Positions 46,625 through 54,447 of a stretch of 64,000 nt of DNA are shown in pieces. This DNA is from a virus. Under the pieces are notes generated by a model. That model did not search any database, had not been told where the DNA came from, and was given only the letters and a program-made list of their open reading frames with translations. Each line of letters starts with the position of its first letter. Within the stretch, counting starts at the first letter, position 1. Made by a program: the position numbers and the translations under genes. Where the stretch lies: positions 29,398 to 93,397 of the IMG/VR virus record IMGVR_UViG_3300021086_000003, one strand, 5' to 3'.

Positions 46625-46855
46625 CGTGACTGACCAACCCTGCCCGGAAACAGGCGGGACGGTCGGATGAGAACCCCCAGCCACGTCACCCGGCTGGGGG
46701 TTCTCGCTGTCTCTGCAACCCCACTCCCCCTGGTGGGGCCTCACCTGACGCAACCCCCTCGCGTCGAGGTCGACCGATCCCCCGGTGGGCCTTCCGCCGT
46801 CCCACCGGGGGTAGAGTTGCCCGTACCGGCCAGTTCGTCACGGGCTGGCCGGTGC
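46625..46855 (+). ncRNA. Candidate structured RNA / tRNA leader
   Basis: 14-bp stem 46669-46705, 11-bp stem 46779-46811, 9-bp stem 46825-46853; no convincing ORF. Confidence 0.35.
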
Positions 46856-46858
46856 CAC

Positions 46859-46932
46859 AGCGGCGTGGAGCAGCTCGGTAGCTTGCTGGGCTCATATCCC
46901 AGAGGTCGCAGGTTCGAATCCTGTCGCCGCCA
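46859..46932 (+). tRNA. tRNA-Met(CAT), initiator (fMet) type
   Basis: Cloverleaf; A1xC72 mismatch; three G-C pairs in anticodon stem; loop CTCATAT; TTCGAAT; no encoded CCA. Confidence 0.93.
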
Positions 46933-46942
46933 CACATCACAC

Positions 46943-46973
46943 GGCCCTCGTCCACTTCAGGACGAGGGCCTTT
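46943..46973 (+). terminator. Intrinsic terminator after tRNA
   Basis: GGCCCTCGTCC / GGACGAGGGCC followed by TTT. Confidence 0.75.
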
Positions 46974-47000
46974 CGCTGTCTCAGCCAGGAGGTATCCCCG

Positions 47001-47240
47001 GTGGCATTCAACCTGGACACGGTCAAGACGGAAATCGGTGCGCTCGTGCGCCGCGTCGAAGCGGATCTCGGCCCGTGGGCCGCGAAACTGTCCGAAGCGC
47101 TGCACGCGGTCGCGGAGCACGTCCACCAGCAGGCCGTGGAGGACGAGCGCCTTGTGGCTGGCCAGGTCGCAGAGGATGTCCAGGTTGCGAAGACCGCGGT
47201 GGAGGGCGCTGTCAAGCCCGGCCCGCCGGCCACGCCGTAG
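47001..47240 (+). CDS. Small helical protein
   Basis: RBS AGGAGG; 79 aa. Confidence 0.75.
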   Translation: MAFNLDTVKTEIGALVRRVEADLGPWAAKLSEALHAVAEHVHQQAVEDERLVAGQVAEDVQVAKTAVEGAVKPGPPATP

Positions 47241-47398
47241 TGGACCCGACCGTGCTGGCGTTCCTGCTCGTGGCAGGCGTGTTCCTGGTGTGCGTGGCCC
47301 GACTCGTCACCCACGCTGCGGTACAGCGGCTCCTAGACATCGCGGCGACCGTGTTGGTTGGTGCGGTGCTGGTGGTGGACGTGCTCGCCCTGCACTGA
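47240..47398 (+). CDS. Small two-helix membrane protein
   Basis: 52 aa, hydrophobic. Confidence 0.6.
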   Translation: MDPTVLAFLLVAGVFLVCVARLVTHAAVQRLLDIAATVLVGAVLVVDVLALH

Positions 47399-47411
47399 CC
47401 GGGGGTGGCCG

Positions 47412-47573
47412 GTGCCGACGCCGCCGTTGCAGATCGAGGTCACCCCGGACACCGCCCGGTTCGCCGCAGTGCTGAGGGTGTTCGCCAAGCACCTGTGTCA
47501 CGCGGCCGACGAGATCGAGCACCTGGCCAGCCCCGCGCACCCGCCGGCAGACGAATCGGGTGGCGGGGACTGA
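47412..47573 (+). CDS. Small hypothetical protein
   Basis: 53 aa. Confidence 0.55.
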   Translation: MPTPPLQIEVTPDTARFAAVLRVFAKHLCHAADEIEHLASPAHPPADESGGGD

Positions 47574-48091
47574 TGCCGTACACCCGCCACGGCCACTGGT
47601 ATGGCTCCGATGACCCCACCAAGCCACCCGATGTGGTTGCACGGTGTGGCGGCCCTGCGGTGTGCCCGGACTGTGCACTGGACGCGCACAGAGGCGAGGA
47701 AGGAGCGCCCGTGCATCCCATCACCAGCAACCCCCATGCATCGGTGTCCTACCTGACGACAACTCAAGGGAAGCCGGGCATCACCGCGACCTACACGCCG
47801 ATCACTCCGTCGCCCGACCCGAATCCCACCGTTGGCCGACAGGTCCACTACGTGTCCTATGGCTCCCCCGGTGGAGAGTTTCGCAGCGAATGCCGCGCCG
47901 CGACCGTCACCGAGGTCGATCCGGACGACCCTGGCCTAGTCGGGCTAGCCGTCACCAATCCGACCGGCGTGTTCTTCCACCCCCTCGCCACTGGTGGCTG
48001 TCATCGCCACAACGGCTACGAGACCACCACCGCTGGAGTTCCCCCTCAGGGCTACCCCGGGGGTACGTGGCACTGGCCCGAGAGGGTTTGA
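47573..48091 (+). CDS. Two-domain hypothetical protein
   Basis: N-terminal HGHW..RCGG..C..C; C-terminal PTVGR.VHY...TWHWPERV. Confidence 0.75.
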   Translation: MPYTRHGHWYGSDDPTKPPDVVARCGGPAVCPDCALDAHRGEEGAPVHPITSNPHASVSYLTTTQGKPGITATYTPITPSPDPNPTVGRQVHYVSYGSPGGEFRSECRAATVTEVDPDDPGLVGLAVTNPTGVFFHPLATGGCHRHNGYETTTAGVPPQGYPGGTWHWPERV

Positions 48092-48390
48092 TGGCCACAG
48101 TCGCACTGAAGATCACCCCCGACTTGCTGCGGATGATCCTGCACCTCCCCGACGGCTACCACATCAGCAGCGCCCGCATGGACACCATCACCGGACCCAC
48201 CGGGTGGCTACTGGACCTGCTGGTGCTGGACGTGGACGCCCCGGACGCACCCGTCGGCGCGGTGGAGATGGCCCCAATCTACGACCGTGACCCGCCGAAC
48301 TCCCCGGACCCGGTCGTGCTGCGCGAGGTGGAATGGACGTGTGCCGACGGCACCCGAACCGTCCGGCCCGTCGATCCGCCACCGGACTGA
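48091..48390 (+). CDS. Hypothetical protein
   Basis: 99 aa; TGATG overlap. Confidence 0.7.
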   Translation: MATVALKITPDLLRMILHLPDGYHISSARMDTITGPTGWLLDLLVLDVDAPDAPVGAVEMAPIYDRDPPNSPDPVVLREVEWTCADGTRTVRPVDPPPD

Positions 48391-48407
48391 CCTGCCGGGG
48401 GGGTGGC

Positions 48408-49238
48408 GTGTCGCATCCGAGCGTCCCGCACCCCCGGGACCTCATACCGGCCCGCCACAGCCGTGTGGCGCGGGTCAGCGGGTGGGCCGCCAGCCACCTC
48501 GCGGTCCTGTTCGGCGCCACCACCGCCGTGTGGCTGTTCATCGTGGCCCCACTGATCGTGCTACTGTTCCCGGCGCACGTCCAAGCCGTGGTGTTCTACC
48601 TGGCGTCCGGGTGGATTCAACTGTGGGCGCTGCCCCTGTTGACCTACGTGGCGAACCAGGCCGACGTGGCGCGCACCGCGAAAGCGGAAGCCGACCACCA
48701 GGCATTGACCAGCGTGCACACCACCGTGGACGCGGTAGCCGCGATCAACACCACCCAAGACGGCCGGCTCGCCCGCATCGAGGCACACCTGGGCATCCCC
48801 CCGCCCGGCCCGCTCCCATCGAGCGAGGGGAGCGGGCCGGGCGATGCTGTCCCTGCTCCTGACCCTGACCCTGTCCCTCTTCCTGTGACCCATACGCCTG
48901 GACGGGAGGTGTCGTGGCCGCCGTCACCGTGCACGAACTCGCGGTCATGGACACCGCGACCTGGCACTTCCGGGACGCTGTCGCGCTACCCCACTGGTAC
49001 CATCCCGGCCACGGCTCGTTCACTGGCGCGTTCGACCCGTTCCCCGCCTATCCGCACGATTCGGCTGTGGTCGCTGAGATGGTCGCGCACGTCTCCCGGT
49101 GCTGTCCCCCGACGTGGGATGTGCAGGTGTGGGTCGCGGACCGGGAAGAGATCGGCCGCTCGAATGGGTTCAGCAACGTCCACGACGGCGGCCATTACGA
49201 GGGCGACGACTACGTCAAGGACACCCCGACCGGTTTGA
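48408..49238 (+). CDS. DUF1003-like membrane protein; 3' end uncertain
   Basis: Two TM helices, WIQLWALPLL..VANQ; ORF overlaps next gene by 325 nt. Confidence 0.55.
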   Translation: MSHPSVPHPRDLIPARHSRVARVSGWAASHLAVLFGATTAVWLFIVAPLIVLLFPAHVQAVVFYLASGWIQLWALPLLTYVANQADVARTAKAEADHQALTSVHTTVDAVAAINTTQDGRLARIEAHLGIPPPGPLPSSEGSGPGDAVPAPDPDPVPLPVTHTPGREVSWPPSPCTNSRSWTPRPGTSGTLSRYPTGTIPATARSLARSTRSPPIRTIRLWSLRWSRTSPGAVPRRGMCRCGSRTGKRSAARMGSATSTTAAITRATTTSRTPRPV

Positions 49239-49669
49239 TCGTGCTGTCCGGGAAACGTGTCCCGCCGCACCCGGCGATGACCCGCTACCTGGTGGCCCAC
49301 GAGTACGGCCACAACGTGGAGTACATGCTGTCGGTGGCTCGCGGTTCGCGACACGCCCGGAACGATGCAGTTGTCACGGAGTATGCCGCGATGCGCGGAC
49401 TGCCGGAGGTGCACCACGGGTCCGGCGGACGGTGGCACGACGCCGCCAGCGAGGTGCTCGCCTGCGACTTCCGGCTGGTGGTGTGCGGGGTGGAACCCGA
49501 GTTCTGGCCCCACCCAGGCGTCCCGCGACCTGACGACATGCCTGAGGTCGCCGCGTGGTGGGCGGACGCGCTCGCCAGCCTTGACGCGATCCGTCAGCCC
49601 CAAGACACATCGCGGGCCTCCACCGGCTTGGTGGAGGCCCGCGATGTTGCGGTGGCGGTCAGCCCGTGA
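48914..49669 (+). CDS. Putative zincin metallopeptidase-like protein
   Basis: RBS GGGAGG; VAHEYGH and downstream E..A.DF. Confidence 0.7.
   Translation: MAAVTVHELAVMDTATWHFRDAVALPHWYHPGHGSFTGAFDPFPAYPHDSAVVAEMVAHVSRCCPPTWDVQVWVADREEIGRSNGFSNVHDGGHYEGDDYVKDTPTGLIVLSGKRVPPHPAMTRYLVAHEYGHNVEYMLSVARGSRHARNDAVVTEYAAMRGLPEVHHGSGGRWHDAASEVLACDFRLVVCGVEPEFWPHPGVPRPDDMPEVAAWWADALASLDAIRQPQDTSRASTGLVEARDVAVAVSP
49607..49647. terminator. 18-bp perfect inverted repeat at a gene convergence
   Basis: ACATCGCGGGCCTCCACC / GGTGGAGGCCCGCGATGT, 12 nt past the lsr2 stop. Confidence 0.7.
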
Positions 49670-50120
49670 ACCGCGGCGACACCGCCGGACCCTTACGCCC
49701 GGCACGTTGCGGCAGCCGGGGCTTGCTGGACGACGCCGGCTTGTGGGCCTCGTCGTACGCCTCCAACACCGTCACCGGGATACGACCCCGATCCGCGACC
49801 TCGTAGTCGTTGGCCTTGGCCCACTCCCGGATCGCCTGGGTCACCTCCCGGGGCCGGTGTGACCCGGTCGGCACCACCGTCAACCGGCGTGCCGGCGACT
49901 CGGTTTGCCTGCTGACCGCCAGGCCCCGCTTGATTCGGCCACCGGTGCGGCGGCCACCTTCCACGAACTCGCCGAGCACCTCACGCAGTCTCTCGGCGTT
50001 GTCCTCGTTGAGGTCGATCGCGTATTCGACCCCATCGAGTCCGAACGCGACTGATGTGACGTCGTCCCCGGGGGTTCCGTCGATATCATCGATCAGTTCG
50101 ACAAGTACCTTTTGCGCCAT
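49659..50120 (-). CDS. lsr2: Lsr2 nucleoid-associated / xenogeneic silencing protein
   Basis: MAQKV...DDIDG, FGLDG..Y.IDL, IREWA..N..EV.DRGRIP. Confidence 0.95.
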   Translation of the reverse strand: MAQKVLVELIDDIDGTPGDDVTSVAFGLDGVEYAIDLNEDNAERLREVLGEFVEGGRRTGGRIKRGLAVSRQTESPARRLTVVPTGSHRPREVTQAIREWAKANDYEVADRGRIPVTVLEAYDEAHKPASSSKPRLPQRAGRKGPAVSPRFTG

Positions 50121-50252
50121 TCCTATCCTCTCTCCGCCTCAATCGCCAGCAGCGGGAGACCGGACCCGCTACCGAATACAACGGGGACCATCGTAAAGGC
50201 GTCACCATTCACCCCGCCACTCCGCGTACTCGAAACGGCGTCGCAAGCTACA

Positions 50253-50540
50253 TCACCACAACCCCAATGCGACCTCGTCATCAACCGGCCACCGGCGACC
50301 CCGGCGATATCTCCTGACCTTGGATTTCCAAGCTGCCACCTTCGCCGCCAAGGCATCGCGCTCGTCCAGCAGGGCCAACACGGCACGCGGCGACGCCGCC
50401 AAGAACAACTCCAGACGCTGCCTGGACGGTTGTCCGGGCCACTCGCGCGGGCCCGTTGTCATCTGCTGATCCGCCGCTTCCGCGAGTTGCCGCAACTCGC
50501 CCCAGGTGCAAGTGATGATATTCGGGGTGGGTGGCGTCAC
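50253..50540 (-). CDS. Ead/Ea22-like small protein
   Basis: LRQLAEAA...SP..VLALLDE; GTGA overlap. Confidence 0.6.
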   Translation of the reverse strand: MTPPTPNIITCTWGELRQLAEAADQQMTTGPREWPGQPSRQRLELFLAASPRAVLALLDERDALAAKVAAWKSKVRRYRRGRRWPVDDEVALGLW

Positions 50541-51166
50541 AAGGGTCGCCCGGTCCAGGTCGTGGCGGCTTGAGCGATGTACCCGATGCACGTCGGGTTG
50601 ATATCCGACAGCACCGCCTCCTTGCCTGACCGCAAGAAGAACCGGGCGGTACGTCCATAGCCACAGCAGAAGTCCCCCGCGACGTCGTAACGCTGCGCCA
50701 ACGCGTGCAAGAACTCGGGAGCCACACCATAGTTGCCGGCCGCTTCGGCACCCGGCCGGTACCCGACCACGATGGCCTCGTCTTCGTTCAACCGCGTCGG
50801 CAACACGACATCGGGTGCCGGCAGCTTCGCCAGCGCGTGTCGGCCCGTCACGAGATACAGCGGAACTCGCGTGGCCGCCACCAACTCTGTCACCCGTGCC
50901 ATGAACGCGCCGTAAGTGCGGCCATCTGCAACGCCGGCCCGCGTATTGAACGTGTCGAACCCGACCTGCCACGGCGGGTCCGTCACCAGCACATCGCACC
51001 GGTCGAACTCGGCAGGCAGTGTTGCCGTTGACATCAGGTCGTGCACGAACGCCGTACAGCGGGGGCCCTCCCACCGATCCATCGACGGGGCCGTGATCGG
51101 TGGCTTGTGTGCACCGTGGTAGTTCACGGTGGGAATGGAGCTACGTGCACTGCTGCGACTGGTCAT
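50537..51166 (-). CDS. Compact amino-methyltransferase (N6-A/N4-C type, beta-like motif order)
   Basis: DPPW precedes DFCCGYG..A and SDIN; ATGA-coupled to ibrA. Confidence 0.8.
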   Translation of the reverse strand: MTSRSSARSSIPTVNYHGAHKPPITAPSMDRWEGPRCTAFVHDLMSTATLPAEFDRCDVLVTDPPWQVGFDTFNTRAGVADGRTYGAFMARVTELVAATRVPLYLVTGRHALAKLPAPDVVLPTRLNEDEAIVVGYRPGAEAAGNYGVAPEFLHALAQRYDVAGDFCCGYGRTARFFLRSGKEAVLSDINPTCIGYIAQAATTWTGRPL

Positions 51167-52425
51167 GCGGATGCCTCCTGGTCAGGCGTGGTGAACAACA
51201 GTTGCTCGGGAGTGACTCCCCAGTTCTCGCGACGTCGCCTCATCAAGTCTTGATAGGCAACGAATGACGCGGTCGACTTGGGCTGGGTAAAGCCCAGGGA
51301 TTTCCCGTAGTAGTCGTTGCGCAGTAGCGACTTGCAGACGCGGCGCCACGAGGGGACCAGCCGTTGCGCCTCCATACGCGGATCGGCTTCGTCAGGGATG
51401 CCGTTGGCGTAGCCACGCTCGACCCACCACTTGGTGTGCATCAGGATGCGGTTCCGGAACTGTTCCTCAGTGGCGGGCGGCATCGAGTTGACCAGCAAGT
51501 TTGCGAACGATTCCCAGGTGTGCCCTACCGGCTTGGTAATCTTTCGGTAGCCGTTGATCGACCCCCACTCCTGCACATACAAGGCACCGCCGTTGGCTCC
51601 GTTGACCCGGGCGACGACCCGTGCCCAGGTCTCCGGTTCGATCAGGTGAAACAGCCACAAGCCGCGCCGCTGGTCATCACCGTAGGGCTGGCAGATCCGC
51701 ATCTGTGACGGCTTCAGCCCCGCCAGGTGCATCCGGTCATACAGTTCGTTGTGCCGCTTCTCGGGATTCTTCCCGTGGTATGTCCAGATGTCCTGCACCG
51801 TCATGTCATAGATCGGGTACGCGTTGTACACCTGCTCGGTGACCCGCGACGTCCACTGTCGCCCGCCCCACGTGGTTTTCGTGGTGGACGCGATCGTGCG
51901 GAACCTGTTCAGCGACTCGTCGGCTCGGATGCCTACTAGGCAAGCGGTGCGCTCACCCTTGCCGTAGTGGTCCCCGAACAGCACCATGAAGTCCTCGAAC
52001 TCCATGCCCCGCCGGAAGAATGGGTACGTGGCCGGATCGGTGACAGCCCGCTTCGGGGGTGTACGAATCCACGCGTCCTGCCGGTCTGGATCCCAGCACT
52101 GCCACTTCGGCTCGTACACCGACACGGCGTTACGCAGAGCCAGCGGCAGACAGATCCAATGCTCCTCGTCGATCACGTCCGCGTACTCATCAAGACAGGC
52201 AGCGGCGTGATCGATGGTCAGCTTGTACTGGCCCTCAAGGTCGATCAGCATTACCCCGAACCTCCGGCCCAGCCGGCGAGCCTCGTCCCCCACAAGGTGC
52301 AATAAAACCGTGCTGTCCTTCCCGGCACTGAAACTGACGTACACACGCGGGAACTGGTCGAACGTGTCGCTGATCCGCTGTCGCGCAGCCGTGAGAGTAT
52401 TGATTCCCAACCGGGTTTTAGGCAA
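51163..52425 (-). CDS. ibrA: IbrA-like PAPS-reductase/PP-loop + DUF3440 protein
   Basis: SFSAGKDS, IDLEGQY, WICLP..LRNA, GIRADESLNR, YPIYD, MRICQPYGDDQR.GLWL; TTG start with RBS GGAGG. Confidence 0.9.
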   Translation of the reverse strand: MPKTRLGINTLTAARQRISDTFDQFPRVYVSFSAGKDSTVLLHLVGDEARRLGRRFGVMLIDLEGQYKLTIDHAAACLDEYADVIDEEHWICLPLALRNAVSVYEPKWQCWDPDRQDAWIRTPPKRAVTDPATYPFFRRGMEFEDFMVLFGDHYGKGERTACLVGIRADESLNRFRTIASTTKTTWGGRQWTSRVTEQVYNAYPIYDMTVQDIWTYHGKNPEKRHNELYDRMHLAGLKPSQMRICQPYGDDQRRGLWLFHLIEPETWARVVARVNGANGGALYVQEWGSINGYRKITKPVGHTWESFANLLVNSMPPATEEQFRNRILMHTKWWVERGYANGIPDEADPRMEAQRLVPSWRRVCKSLLRNDYYGKSLGFTQPKSTASFVAYQDLMRRRRENWGVTPEQLLFTTPDQEASA

Positions 52426-52561
52426 CGTTTCCTCCGTTCTTCTGGGCTTTCTGGCGACTTCGCCAAGCTGCAACTTGGCAACGGGTCGAGCAATACAAGG
52501 CGTCGGCACGGGCGGTGAGGGGAAGCTCCCGCAGTCGGCACCACGCGCAAAGCCGGCGCAT
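52418..52561 (-). CDS. Small Zn-finger protein
   Basis: CAWC...R.DA.YCS.RC..AWR. Confidence 0.7.
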   Translation of the reverse strand: MRRLCAWCRLRELPLTARADALYCSTRCQVAAWRSRQKAQKNGGNVA

Positions 52562-52562
52562 G

Positions 52563-52790
52563 TCAGTTCCAGTCGCTGTGAACGACACCGCAACCTGCGA
52601 CACCGCTGCCCAGCCATTCACCGTTGGGGCCGGTGGCGTAGGCAGTGACATCTACCTTGCTGTTGCAGTAGCCGGCAAGGGTCCGGTGCGCTTCGGCAAG
52701 GGTGGGAACGGAGACCGTCCACGTGTCGTGAACGCCTGCGATCAGTGAACTGTTCGCCCGAACCATCTTGAGAGTGATCGTGTCAGCCAT
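52563..52790 (-). CDS. Small leaderless protein
   Basis: 75 aa. Confidence 0.65.
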   Translation of the reverse strand: MADTITLKMVRANSSLIAGVHDTWTVSVPTLAEAHRTLAGYCNSKVDVTAYATGPNGEWLGSGVAGCGVVHSDWN

Positions 52791-52796
52791 AGCTAA

Positions 52797-52825
52797 ACCA
52801 TACACGCGATGTATGGGCTACGCAA
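52797..52825 (-). promoter_or_regulatory. Internal promoter in the ibr cassette
   Basis: TTGCGT-N17-TATGGT, 6 nt to ATG. Confidence 0.6.
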
Positions 52826-53264
52826 CCTCTGACGTGGTCTCTGTATGAGCTGATCGAGGGGTAGGTAGTTCGATGGCGAACAGACCGGGGTTCCGATCGT
52901 TCTCCCTGTCAATCAGCCACTCGGCGACAGCCTGATCAGCGGCCTGGTTTGCTGCGTACTGCTCCGCCGCCGTGAGGGTCCACCAAGCCAGCCGGGTGGC
53001 CTGTTCGGTGATCCCCGCGAGATGGCAGCATGTGGCCTGACCTATCCAGGCCCGCCTGTTCTGCGCCATGTCGGTGAGGTTCTGTTCGGCAGCGTTCGGC
53101 CAATCCGCCAACATAGCGCGTGCGGCATCCAAAAACAGGTCAGGGTCACCAAGGATTTGGGCAGCCCGTTCTATCTCGGCAGTCCCGCCGCCGGGCACTT
53201 GCCACATACCGGCCTGCCAGTCCTCCCACACCGTGTACGGGTGGAACACTTGCGGTTCAGGCAT
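52818..53264 (-). CDS. Conserved phage protein of ParB/Ibr loci
   Basis: FHPY..WE....GMW, W..AAEQNLT...NRRAWIGQA..C. Confidence 0.8.
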   Translation of the reverse strand: MPEPQVFHPYTVWEDWQAGMWQVPGGGTAEIERAAQILGDPDLFLDAARAMLADWPNAAEQNLTDMAQNRRAWIGQATCCHLAGITEQATRLAWWTLTAAEQYAANQAADQAVAEWLIDRENDRNPGLFAIELPTPRSAHTETTSEVA

Positions 53265-53448
53265 CGTGCACTCCCAGCAGTACGGCTGCGACCCGGTTGG
53301 CCCACTCCATGCCGCCGTGCTCGCAGTCCCCTCCGCTGCCTGCCAGCCGGATGTCCCCGGCCAGGTTGATCAGGGACGCCGCGTAGCCGGGTGCGAGATT
53401 GGCCGCCGTCTCCAGTTGCTGCGCGGCCCGCTTGGTGAGGTCAGACAT
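53257..53448 (-). CDS. Small hypothetical protein
   Basis: RBS GGAGG; 63 aa. Confidence 0.65.
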   Translation of the reverse strand: MSDLTKRAAQQLETAANLAPGYAASLINLAGDIRLAGSGGDCEHGGMEWANRVAAVLLGVHDA

Positions 53449-54193
53449 TGCCAGCCTCCATCGCGGTCATGCCACCGTTGACACCGGCATCGGCCAAGGC
53501 TGAGTCATCAAGGTCATCGTCCAGCGGCCCCAGTTCGGCTTCCCACGCTTCGCTGAACTCACGGTCAGCGAAAGCACCCGCAAGGCCGGTGATCTGGGTA
53601 AGGCGCAGCACCTCATCGGGGTCCATTCCGAGCTGCTGGCCGATCTTCTTGTCGGACCAGTTGCGCCGCTTCAGTTCTAACACGATGTCGGACATCTTGA
53701 TCACTTGGTGCTTGCCGCGTGCCCGGTTGTGCCGGATCGTGGACGCCATCCGGTCCGGTCGGTCGCCCCGCTCCGCTCGGATCTGCACCAATGGCAGGTA
53801 GCCCTGAACGCGTTCCGCAACGTCCGGGAATTCCTTGCCGACCCGGGACCGGTGGAAGCCGTCCACGACTTCGCGGTGCCCGTCTTCGGCGTTCGACACG
53901 ATGGGCTGAGTGAAGCCGTCCGCCAGGATGGACAGGCGCAGCAACTCCATTTCGGGGGCCGCCACGGTGTTCGGGTTGTAACTGTTGGCCTGGACTTCGT
54001 CGGCTGGCACCCATTCGACGAAGTCGACTGGTTCGGAACTGAACGGGCTGAACTCGGCGAGCACGGCCCGCAGTTCGTTCAGGCGTGCCACTGTGTCGGG
54101 CAGGTCAAGGCCGCGGAACCAAAGCTTGGCCAGCGCGCGCAGGTTCTTCGCGATGCGGCTGTCATCGGGCGGTTGGTCGTTGACACTGGTCAC
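53441..54193 (-). CDS. ibrB: IbrB-like ParB/Srx-domain protein
   Basis: V.WV....V.AN.YNPN.VA..EM.LL..SI..DGFTQPIV, VVDGFHR, RMASTIRHNRARGKH, LGM..DEV.RL. Confidence 0.92.
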   Translation of the reverse strand: MTSVNDQPPDDSRIAKNLRALAKLWFRGLDLPDTVARLNELRAVLAEFSPFSSEPVDFVEWVPADEVQANSYNPNTVAAPEMELLRLSILADGFTQPIVSNAEDGHREVVDGFHRSRVGKEFPDVAERVQGYLPLVQIRAERGDRPDRMASTIRHNRARGKHQVIKMSDIVLELKRRNWSDKKIGQQLGMDPDEVLRLTQITGLAGAFADREFSEAWEAELGPLDDDLDDSALADAGVNGGMTAMEAGNV

Positions 54194-54228
54194 TGGGTTA
54201 TCGTCTCCCGTTTCGTGGTGGAAGGGGT

Positions 54229-54447
54229 TCAGTCGTGGGGCGGGTTGTCCGGTGCCGACTCTGCGGCACTTCCGGGTGTCGCAGAGTTGCGTCGGTGTTT
54301 TAGCGCCTCCTTGAGGAGCACTTGGATCATGTTGTTCCGGTCCCGACTGTCCTGAATAGCCTCGTTTCGGACATCCTGATCCAGATCGACAGGTAGCCGC
54401 AGTGAGAAGCGGACGATCACGGGCACCTCCTCCGGCTTGTTCGTCAT
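54229..54447 (-). CDS. Arc-like ribbon-helix-helix repressor (leaderless)
   Basis: RFSLRLP.DL...VR..A....R..N..I..LL..AL; -10 TAGAGT ends 6 nt before ATG. Confidence 0.8.
   Translation of the reverse strand: MTNKPEEVPVIVRFSLRLPVDLDQDVRNEAIQDSRDRNNMIQVLLKEALKHRRNSATPGSAAESAPDNPPHD

Noticed and set aside
46859-46932. tRNA as an att site or prophage boundary
   Set aside because: Phage-like genes continue on both sides and no duplicated tRNA 3' fragment was seen in the window
50123-50386. Frameshifted extension of the Ead-like gene up to lsr2
   Set aside because: The 50253-50540 frame ends plausibly; the alternative frame has poor codon bias and is better read as the lsr2 leader
51163-52425. 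IbrA as a sulfate-assimilation CysH
   Set aside because: It has the DUF3440-type C-terminal region and an IbrB partner, and no other cys genes are present
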